A stretch of 26,572 bases of DNA, from IMG/VR virus record IMGVR_UViG_3300020151_000698, positions 1 through 26,572 of that record; one strand, given 5' to 3'. This stretch comes from a virus (taxonomy: Duplodnaviria; Caudoviricetes). A model generated the notes under the pieces. That model was given only the letters and a program-made list of their open reading frames with translations, was not told the DNA's origin and did not search any database. Of this stretch, positions 17,683 to 24,043 are shown piece by piece. The stretch's first letter is position 1. Every line of letters starts with the position of its first letter. The position numbers and the translations under genes were made by a program.

Positions 17683-18074
17683 CGGTTGTTTAAAGGGTTA
17701 CGATACCGAAACTCTAAAGTTTCGTGAGGATTCCAAGTAGCAATTTCCTCATTTTCAATGAGTAAATCACCAAGATAACCGACTATGTCGGAACGATAAG
17801 TGACTGTTTCAGTGACGATTTCATCGTCATCGTCATAGTCTGATTCTTTGAATTCGTCAGCGACATAAGTTTCATCGTCAAAACTATTGACATAGTCAAT
17901 AAATTCGGCAACAAGTTCTACGCCAATAATTGACTGTTTCACAGTCAACGGATAGAATTTTTTGTGTTCGGTAGTTAAAACTACCGATTCTTGTTCTCCG
18001 CAACTAATGCATTGACCAAAATTGAAAGAATCCGAAGCATCGCAATGCTTACAGACGGTTGATGTTGTTTCCAC
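17679..18074 (-). CDS. Acidic early protein with an N-terminal Zn ribbon
   Basis: CKHC...CISC; about 29 D/E versus 9 K/R; GTG start follows an SD hairpin. Confidence 0.8.
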   Translation of the reverse strand: METTSTVCKHCDASDSFNFGQCISCGEQESVVLTTEHKKFYPLTVKQSIIGVELVAEFIDYVNSFDDETYVADEFKESDYDDDDEIVTETVTYRSDIVGYLGDLLIENEEIATWNPHETLEFRYRNPLNNR

Positions 18075-18093
18075 AATTTACCTCCAGTAAATT
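18075..18093 (-). promoter_or_regulatory. SD-in-loop start hairpin, variant B
   Basis: AATTTAC-TGGAG-GTAAATT-GTG. Confidence 0.85.
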
Positions 18094-18129
18094 TTCTAGT
18101 GTGTTGAATTAATAAGGCTAGGACAAGTC

Positions 18130-18381
18130 CTAGTCGTAAAGAAAGCCATCCCAGTCATTGTCAATTACTTCGTAATTGTCATTGACAACAAGAACAGAAC
18201 AACCTTCGGTTGTATGAATTTCCACAGTGTTTACCATTTCATGGTAATCAGGGTGAAACTCAAAGCCATAATCCAGTGATTCCACAGGAATCACAACAGT
18301 GAATTTTGTCAAGCCAAGTTCCTTGGCATGACTTGTAGCGAGGTTCTCTAAGAGAACGACTTGGGTTTGATTAAGGGACAT
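18130..18381 (-). CDS. Small acidic early protein (first gene of the leftward operon)
   Basis: 83 aa with 15 D/E, 2 K and no R; follows an SD hairpin. Confidence 0.8.
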   Translation of the reverse strand: MSLNQTQVVLLENLATSHAKELGLTKFTVVIPVESLDYGFEFHPDYHEMVNTVEIHTTEGCSVLVVNDNYEVIDNDWDGFLYD

Positions 18382-18400
18382 AATTACCTCCAGTAATTAT
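18380..18400 (-). promoter_or_regulatory. SD-in-loop start hairpin, variant C
   Basis: ATAATTAC-TGGAG-GTAATTAT(G). Confidence 0.85.
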
Positions 18401-18408
18401 TATGTGAG

Positions 18409-18635
18409 CCGTCCTAAAGGACGGTGGAACCTCAACGGGAATTGAACCCTGAAACAAGGACAAGACAAGTCTTGTCCAAGCACAACCAGTGAGGACGGTA
18501 ATCAGGAGCCTTCATCCTAGTGGAACACTAGGCGACTCTGCAATTTAATACCTTCGCAAGATTACATCTTGAGAATGTACCACAACTAGCCCACCAAATT
18601 AGGGCAGAGTTGTAGCCACATTTTCATTATGTAAG
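18409..18635 (-). ncRNA. Structured early leader / candidate ncRNA with a tRNA-like T-arm element
   Basis: Consecutive stems at about 18562-18635, 18516-18532, 18458-18477 (CUUG loop), a T-loop GGG-TTCAATT-CCC, and 18409-18424. Confidence 0.45.
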
Positions 18636-18841
18636 TGTACACCTCATCAGGAACCACCTGAATCGCTATGACACTACGCCAACTCACTAGGTCATCCCGA
18701 CACTAGGAGCAATACGCTGAAAAACTGGCTGGATTGCCACTTGACCTAAACCACTGTAATCACCCTCCGACCAAAAAAGCAACCTCTCTTCCTGCGCAAT
18801 TTTACTCCGTAAAACAGGCGAAGAGTGCGCCTGCCTACGCA

Positions 18842-19080
18842 CGCCCACGCCGTCGGAGACTCCGCCCACGCATGCGAAACTGACACGCATAATGACACAC
18901 GCCGTTTCGCATGACGCATAATGCGCATACATGAACCCTGCCTCGTCACTCGGTTACCCACGGGTAGATTGCCCGACATAATCGCTATTTTTCTGCGCAT
19001 TATGAGCCATAATCACCCCATAATCGTTGCAACCACTGCAATCTCCTCCTCGTACGGGGGGGCATGGGGGGGTGCGGGGG
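18842..19080. repeat. CATAAT/CGCAT short-repeat cluster followed by G7-G7-G5 tracts; candidate packaging or origin region
   Basis: CATAAT at 18888, 18917, 18977, 19008 and 19019, inverted at 18999; CGCCCACGC twice; G-runs at 19056-19080. Confidence 0.5.
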
Positions 19081-19162
19081 TGCAAGTCTCTAAGTACTAC
19101 CCAATCCAGAGCCGATGCGTTACGATTTTGGTTTCGGGGTCCGATTCGGATACCCCTAGGTG

Positions 19163-19238
19163 TGGCTCTCCCCCTTGGGCTTGAACCAAGACTTGACGGA
19201 TTAACAGTCCGTTGCACTGCCAGTTATGCTAGAGGAGA
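19163..19238 (-). tRNA. tRNA-Asn (GTT) with encoded CCA
   Basis: Full cloverleaf: TCTCCTC TA GCAT AACTGGCA GTGC A ACGGA CTGTTAA TCCGT CAAGT CTTGG TTCAAGC CCAAG GGGGAGA G CCA. Confidence 0.96.
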
Positions 19239-19242
19239 AGGT

Positions 19243-19261
19243 TTGTCCTCGCCTTATGGGT
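19243..19261 (-). repeat. 19-bp direct repeat copy 1, just upstream of the tRNA
   Basis: TTGTCCTCGCCTTATGGGT, 18/19 identical to 19828-19846. Confidence 0.75.
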
Positions 19262-19519
19262 TTACCATTTAACTTTGTTTGCCCAGTACGCAGCAGACAT
19301 TTTGCCTTTGGCAATGTTCGCTGCGTGGCGTGCTTTGAAGGAGTTGTTGCGGGCTGAACCGTCAGGTGAACCTGACACGCCTTTTTGTCCGAACCTGATG
19401 AGTTTGGTTGTGGTGCCATCTTTGGCTAGTACAGCGTGTGATTTGGTTGGGTGGTTAGGGGTGGCTTTGGGTTTGTTGTATCCGCTGAAGGTTTCTGAAC
19501 CTCGTTTGATGCTTGCCAT
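19262..19519 (-). CDS. Small basic viral protein (DUF5754-like)
   Basis: KLIRFGQ.G...R..SFKARH...SAAYW motif, widespread in aquatic phages. Confidence 0.75.
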   Translation of the reverse strand: MASIKRGSETFSGYNKPKATPNHPTKSHAVLAKDGTTTKLIRFGQKGVSGSPDGSARNNSFKARHAANIAKGKMSAAYWANKVKW

Positions 19520-19522
19520 TAT

Positions 19523-19822
19523 TTATTCCTTGTGCGCTTGTGAATTTGGTAGGATTTCAATATCCAAAATCCAACCAATAGGTATGTGGTTAATGTCGCT
19601 AACGGTTTCGGGATTAGGTAGTTCAGACTCAAAGATAGTACCAACAATAGTGATATAATGCTCCTGACATCCAGCCCATATCCTACCATATGTCGTTGCC
19701 GTGCTGTCTCGTGATTCGTATTCTTCAACATCATGCCATCCTGCGGCTGGGCTGTATGCATCTCGCCACCGTACTTTTACTTCTGTCCATGAGGGAATCT
19801 TTTCTATCTCGTATTGGTTCAT
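19523..19822 (-). CDS. Conserved hypothetical phage protein
   Basis: V.W.DA...GW...G...IP.G.I pattern common in phages. Confidence 0.75.
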   Translation of the reverse strand: MNQYEIEKIPSWTEVKVRWRDAYSPAAGWHDVEEYESRDSTATTYGRIWAGCQEHYITIVGTIFESELPNPETVSDINHIPIGWILDIEILPNSQAHKE

Positions 19823-19827
19823 TTGTG

Positions 19828-19846
19828 TTGTCCACGCCTTATGGGT
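19828..19846 (-). repeat. 19-bp direct repeat copy 2, just upstream of ATG 19822
   Basis: TTGTCCACGCCTTATGGGT. Confidence 0.75.
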
Positions 19847-19880
19847 AAACCAACCAATTGTTGGTTTACAATAGTATTGT
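19845..19880. promoter_or_regulatory. Operator-like inverted repeats in the divergent intergenic region
   Basis: GTAAACCAAC-caatt-GTTGGTTTAC (19845-19869) overlapping ACAATA-g-TATTGT (19868-19880). Confidence 0.5.
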
Positions 19881-20012
19881 CCTTAAGTAACCATATCGGT
19901 GCCGCTTACCTCACGGACGCAGCACCTGAAATGCTTTACCCCCCCTATAATCCCCCCCGCTGTTCCCTTTCACTGTGAGTGGTTAACCACCACTCTCTGT
20001 GGTTACCTATTA

Positions 20013-20031
20013 GAACAAAACAATCAATAGT
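20013..20031 (+). promoter_or_regulatory. Putative leaderless late promoter (GAACA-N14-ATG)
   Basis: GAACA 19 nt before the terS ATG; no SD. Confidence 0.65.
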
Positions 20032-20463
20032 ATGGAATCAAGCCACCTAGATGAACGCCAAGAAAAATACCTAAACTGGTTACTAATTCCATCGTCACTA
20101 CGGGAACCAGCAACCCAAGAAGCCTATGCGAAACTAGAAGGCGTGGACACAACCACACTCAGACGCTGGCAAAAGAAACCCTACTTCAAAGAAGAATGGG
20201 CAAAGCGTGTAGAGGACCTACAGGGAAGCCCAGAACGCACCCAAAAACTAATGGACACCATCTACCAGCGTGCGCTCGGTGGAGATAACAAAGCAGCCCA
20301 ATTGTACCTTCAGGCTACAAACCGTCTTGCTCCTCAACAGGTCAATATTACTCATTCTACTCCTTTGGCTGAAATTTCAGATAAAGACCTAGAGGAACTT
20401 ATTTCCAGTGTCGCTACCAGCGAACAAAATTCTAGATTACAGTCCAGTGTCAAACCAGATTGA
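20032..20463 (+). CDS. terS: Terminase small subunit (phBC6A51-like HTH)
   Basis: N-terminal HTH (QEAYAKLEGVDTTTLRRWQKKPYF) followed by helices with A..GD.KAA.L.L; first gene of the late module upstream of terL. Confidence 0.7.
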   Translation: MESSHLDERQEKYLNWLLIPSSLREPATQEAYAKLEGVDTTTLRRWQKKPYFKEEWAKRVEDLQGSPERTQKLMDTIYQRALGGDNKAAQLYLQATNRLAPQQVNITHSTPLAEISDKDLEELISSVATSEQNSRLQSSVKPD

Positions 20464-20569
20464 GTGTCCTGATTGTGGGAGTGAATTTCCTGATGATTTG
20501 CGAGAATGCCCTGAATGCTGGTTCACTGAGGAACCTCTTCGTGTTAGGCGTATGCGGGACTCTGATTAG
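20447..20569 (+). CDS. 40-aa Zn-ribbon microprotein not in the ORF track (MSNQIECPDCGSEFPDDLRECPECWFTEEPLRVRRMRDSD)
   Basis: GTG start overlapping the terS end; CPDC-x10-CPEC. Confidence 0.6.
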   Translation: MSNQIECPDCGSEFPDDLRECPECWFTEEPLRVRRMRDSD

Positions 20570-20587
20570 AACAGATTACGCATAAGT
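20569..20587 (+). promoter_or_regulatory. Putative leaderless late promoter (GAACA-N14-ATG)
   Basis: GAACA 19 nt before ATG 20588; no SD. Confidence 0.65.
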
Positions 20588-20923
20588 ATGGTACCTGCAA
20601 AACAAAACATCACAATTACTCGTGGGGATACTGAAGTTTTTAACATTACATTGCTTGATTCTGTCTCCGCCCCTATAAATTTAACTGGTAGTACCTTTTT
20701 GGCTCAAATCAGGTATGAATATGATGATGCCGCCATTGCGGCATCTTTCACTTGTACTGTAACCGATGCGGTTGCTGGCACTCTCAGTATGACTCTTAGT
20801 TCTGCTTCTTCGCAGGCTTTAAATGCTGGTCCTTCGTTTTGGGATTTGCAGCGCACAACTGGTGGTGTTGTTAATACCCTTTTGGCTGGTAAATGCACCA
20901 TCCTCCATGATGTAACTAGGTAA
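20588..20923 (+). CDS. Virion fibre adaptor / BppU-N-like Ig-fold protein
   Basis: RGDT...INLTG....QIR...YDL-like (WDLQ)...G pattern; precedes the collagen fibre gene. Confidence 0.6.
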   Translation: MVPAKQNITITRGDTEVFNITLLDSVSAPINLTGSTFLAQIRYEYDDAAIAASFTCTVTDAVAGTLSMTLSSASSQALNAGPSFWDLQRTTGGVVNTLLAGKCTILHDVTR

Positions 20924-20925
20924 TC

Positions 20926-21897
20926 ATGGCTGGTGTAACAACTACTACAGACATTGTCGTACAACTAGCAAACGCCACACAAGGTGTTGTTACTTCGGGT
21001 ACCATCAGTGTTGTTTCGGCTGCAAGTGTTGGTCCTACTGGCAACACTGGTCCTATTGGTTTAACGGGACCTGCTGGACCCACTGGTCCTACGGGACCTA
21101 CTGGAAGCACAGGGACTACTGGAAGTCAAGGCATTCAAGGTCCCGTAGGTCCTACTGGTGCTACAGGCTTGACTGGTGCTACTGGTTTAACAGGTCCTAC
21201 AGGTCCTACAGGACCAACAGGCTTGACTGGACCTACTGGTCCTCAGGGTATTCAGGGACCTACTGGTTTAACAGGCGCTACGGGGCTTACAGGTGCCACT
21301 GGTGCAACAGGTGCCACTGGTGCGCAAGGAATTCAAGGAATCCAAGGTATTCAGGGAGATGCGGGACCAACAGGTGCTACGGGCGCTACTGGTGCCGCTT
21401 CAACTGTTGCTGGACCAACAGGTCCAACAGGTCCAACGGGATTGACTGGTGCTACTGGCGCTGTAGGCGCTACGGGCGCAACTGGCTTAACTGGACCTAT
21501 AGGTCCCACTGGTCCTGCTGGTACTAATGGTACTAATGGTACCAATGGTACCAATGGTACTAATGGTGTTGATGGTGGTTGGGCAACGACACAAACCGTA
21601 AGTACTCCAACATTCACATCTAACAACTATCCGTTAGTTTCTGGTGATTTAGGTAAAATGCTTTTAGTAACTAATGGCGCAACGGCTGGTACTGTAACTG
21701 TTGGTACATCTCTTGGGTTTACCGCAGGACAAAGCATTGATTTGTTGGCTACGGGTACTGGTCAAATTACTGTTGTCGCTGGCGGCGCAACTGTTGTTGG
21801 CACACCAGCATTGAAACTTCGTGCCCAATATTCTTCTGCTACATTGTTTTGTATAGGTACTAACAGTTATGTCCTTATGGGCGATTTGAGTGCATAA
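20926..21897 (+). CDS. Collagen-like (Gly-X-Y) fibre protein
   Basis: About 60 GPT/GAT/GIQ/GTN triplets followed by a C-terminal beta domain ([10 protein letters not shown]...GDLSA). Confidence 0.9.
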   Translation: MAGVTTTTDIVVQLANATQGVVTSGTISVVSAASVGPTGNTGPIGLTGPAGPTGPTGPTGSTGTTGSQGIQGPVGPTGATGLTGATGLTGPTGPTGPTGLTGPTGPQGIQGPTGLTGATGLTGATGATGATGAQGIQGIQGIQGDAGPTGATGATGAASTVAGPTGPTGPTGLTGATGAVGATGATGLTGPIGPTGPAGTNGTNGTNGTNGTNGVDGGWATTQTVSTPTFTSNNYPLVSGDLGKMLLVTNGATAGTVTVGTSLGFTAGQSIDLLATGTGQITVVAGGATVVGTPALKLRAQYSSATLFCIGTNSYVLMGDLSA

Positions 21898-22928
21898 TGG
21901 CTCGTCACCGAGGTATAGTTGCTGCAAGCACTACTGAACTGCCAACGGTAACTATTGGTACAACAACTGGCATCACGGAAAGTCGTGCAGTATTTAATGC
22001 AACGGTCAGTGCCAACTACCAAAATACAACAGTCAAGTTTCAGTACAACACTACAAATAACTTTAATTCTTACACGGAGGTAACTGCTACTCCTGTTACT
22101 GGTCAATCTGCTGCTGTTTCTTATACGGTAACTGGGTTAACAAAAGCAACAGTGGTTGATGCGGCTGCAGTCACATATTATGTTAGGTGTGTAGTAACAA
22201 ACAGTATTGGCATTGCCACTTCTAGTGTTACCTCGTTTAACCTTTGGACTTTAAGACAAAAAGATTCTACAACAACTAATTCACCTTTTACTGTTCCAAC
22301 GGTTACTGGTGTAAACCCTGCTGCTCTACCTATTGTTGTATTAATCGGTGGCGGTGGTGGAGGCGGTTTTCAAGGTGGAGGCGGCGGTGCTGGTGGTTTG
22401 CTTTCTAGAACCAATTACGCTTTCACTGGTTCTAGTGGTTATTTACAATGGACTGTTGGTGGCGGCGGTGGCGGTGGCTACTCTGGCAGCCCCCACGGAG
22501 GTTCAGGTACAAGCAGTACCTTGTCTGGCACAAACTTAACCACTCTTACCGCAGGCGGTGGAGGCGGAGGTGTTTATCAGGGAAGTGGTGGAAATGTCGG
22601 TACTGGAGATAACCCTGCCTACACTGGTGGCACTGTTTATGCAGATACCAGCGGTAAGGCTTATGTTTATTATTGCGGCGGTGGTGCAGGTAATGAAGGC
22701 AACGGTGGAAACGGAAGCAATGGTGCTTACGGTGTTGGTGCCAACGGCAACAGTATCTTTGGTAACTCAGGTGGCGGTGGTGGCGGTAACGACACAAATA
22801 CTGCTGGTGCCCACGGTACACCCAACAATGTTGGTGCTGGTGGTAACGGTGGTACAAACGATGGCAGTGTTACTCCTGCTCAATCTGGTGCTACTGGTAG
22901 AGTTGTCTTTCAGTATTATGGACCATAG
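21897..22928 (+). CDS. Fibre tip / receptor-binding protein with an FN3-like N-terminal domain and a glycine-rich domain
   Basis: FN3-like V.GL....YYVR....NS.G; repeated GGGGG/GAGG motifs; TAATG-coupled to the collagen gene. Confidence 0.75.
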   Translation: MARHRGIVAASTTELPTVTIGTTTGITESRAVFNATVSANYQNTTVKFQYNTTNNFNSYTEVTATPVTGQSAAVSYTVTGLTKATVVDAAAVTYYVRCVVTNSIGIATSSVTSFNLWTLRQKDSTTTNSPFTVPTVTGVNPAALPIVVLIGGGGGGGFQGGGGGAGGLLSRTNYAFTGSSGYLQWTVGGGGGGGYSGSPHGGSGTSSTLSGTNLTTLTAGGGGGGVYQGSGGNVGTGDNPAYTGGTVYADTSGKAYVYYCGGGAGNEGNGGNGSNGAYGVGANGNSIFGNSGGGGGGNDTNTAGAHGTPNNVGAGGNGGTNDGSVTPAQSGATGRVVFQYYGP

Positions 22929-22936
22929 GGGAAATT

Positions 22937-24037
22937 ATGGAAACAAAATTTTACAACACAAATAATTTAAAACAACGCAAATTGTTTTACATGCTTGACA
23001 ACATTACGGACGAATCTGTAAAGTTGTTTCGTAGAACACCTGCAGGAGATGAAGAATTTACTTCATACGATTTACATCGTATGCCTGATGGAAAACTTCT
23101 TATAGCGTTTCACGAGTATTGGGGTATTCAAACAACACACAGCCTTGTTGCTGTATGCGGGGACAAAGAAGAATATGTTAGTGTAACTCCTTTTGAACGA
23201 ATATCAAAATATTATAAATATGGTCAGACTGGAATTGATGCTGGTGGATTTATATTTATGAACTCTGCAATTGTTGAATCATTTGATGAACAGTGGAGAT
23301 GTGACGCTGGATTGTACGGGGTTGAACTATTTGCAGACCCACTTGGCGACTCAACAATTGTTGTACCAGATACAGCCGATGCTGTAACTGTTTATGAACC
23401 AATACTATCTATTAACGGTGTGGCTCATCTTGTTTACATTGAACGAGAAAACAAAAACAACAAAACAGAGTTAATGAATAACTCAATTACTCCTTTTGCC
23501 GCATATAGTTTAACCGAAGTATTAAAACTAATTATTGAATGGTCACAAACATCACAAGAACCATTTAACAATACTGAACCAATAGCATTGAAAGCATTTG
23601 AGTTTACACAAAAGTTAGGAATATCTGAAGTTCTTGTACTTAATCAACCAGACATGCAAGTTGCCGAGTATTTAAAAGGCAATACTGATGCCCGTAAAAG
23701 ACCTAATGACATTGTTGAACCTAATGAATATTTGTTGAATTTTGTTAAAACAAAAATGGCGTATATGTCTCTTTCTGGTTTGCTTTCTTGTTATCCACAA
23801 TATGAACAATACGACAGTATTGGAAATGAAATTCAAATAGATATTGAATCCGCCGAAAACGAGTTTGCTGAAAATATTGCAAATATGCGCATTGAAGGCA
23901 ATTTTTCTTTAGACAATTATAAGGATTGTTTAGATTTAATTCCTGATAATTATGTCAACGGAAAACAAGCATTTGGCTTTAGATGGAGTATATTAAAACA
24001 AAAGAAAGACTTGGCTTTGTCCCTGCAAAACAAATAA
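22937..24037 (+). CDS. Hypothetical protein in the fibre cassette (AT-rich)
   Basis: 366-aa ORF with a GGGGA SD; no motif recognised. Confidence 0.75.
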   Translation: METKFYNTNNLKQRKLFYMLDNITDESVKLFRRTPAGDEEFTSYDLHRMPDGKLLIAFHEYWGIQTTHSLVAVCGDKEEYVSVTPFERISKYYKYGQTGIDAGGFIFMNSAIVESFDEQWRCDAGLYGVELFADPLGDSTIVVPDTADAVTVYEPILSINGVAHLVYIERENKNNKTELMNNSITPFAAYSLTEVLKLIIEWSQTSQEPFNNTEPIALKAFEFTQKLGISEVLVLNQPDMQVAEYLKGNTDARKRPNDIVEPNEYLLNFVKTKMAYMSLSGLLSCYPQYEQYDSIGNEIQIDIESAENEFAENIANMRIEGNFSLDNYKDCLDLIPDNYVNGKQAFGFRWSILKQKKDLALSLQNK

Positions 24038-24043
24038 AAAATT

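Noticed and set aside
14174-18400. CRISPR array or integron attC cassettes from the repeated palindromes
   Set aside because: Repeats are 19-21 bp, separated by whole genes at irregular distances and always at start codons; no cas operon or integrase
18424-18496. Second tRNA gene
   Set aside because: No anticodon loop or D-stem, only a 3-bp T-stem and a mismatched acceptor; kept as a tRNA-like finding instead
18615-18660. Possible hammerhead ribozyme (minus-strand CUGAUGAG ... GAAA)
   Set aside because: Stem II lacks the G10.1-C11.1 closure next to GAAA (extra AAU), no convincing stems I/III, and the GAAA lies within the long 18562-18635 hairpin
19030-19160. HDV-like/theta ribozyme near the tRNA (CUCCUCGU resembles HDV L3)
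   Set aside because: It is on the strand opposite to the tRNA and I could not build P1/P2; the tRNA 3' trailer shows only a simple hairpin
18687-19272. ORFs 18687..18932, 18746..19000, 18921..19184, 18954..19217 and 19027..19272
   Set aside because: No SD or hairpin start, atypical composition, and overlap with repeats, G-tracts or the tRNA; most likely non-coding
19946-19951. TATAAT as a sigma-70 promoter for terS
   Set aside because: No -35 or extended -10 at the proper spacing, and a GAACA-type element sits directly before the terS ATG
8173-20149. GCGTGGACA 9-mer at 8173, 9784, 12566, 19829 and 20141 as stoperator-like sites
   Set aside because: Chosen post hoc, with mixed orientation relative to transcription; five hits for some 9-mer in 26 kb is not clearly beyond chance
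21031-21570. DNA tandem repeats or a DGR-like variable region in the fibre gene
   Set aside because: Explained by Gly-X-Y coding with varied third positions; no reverse transcriptase or TR/VR pair in the window
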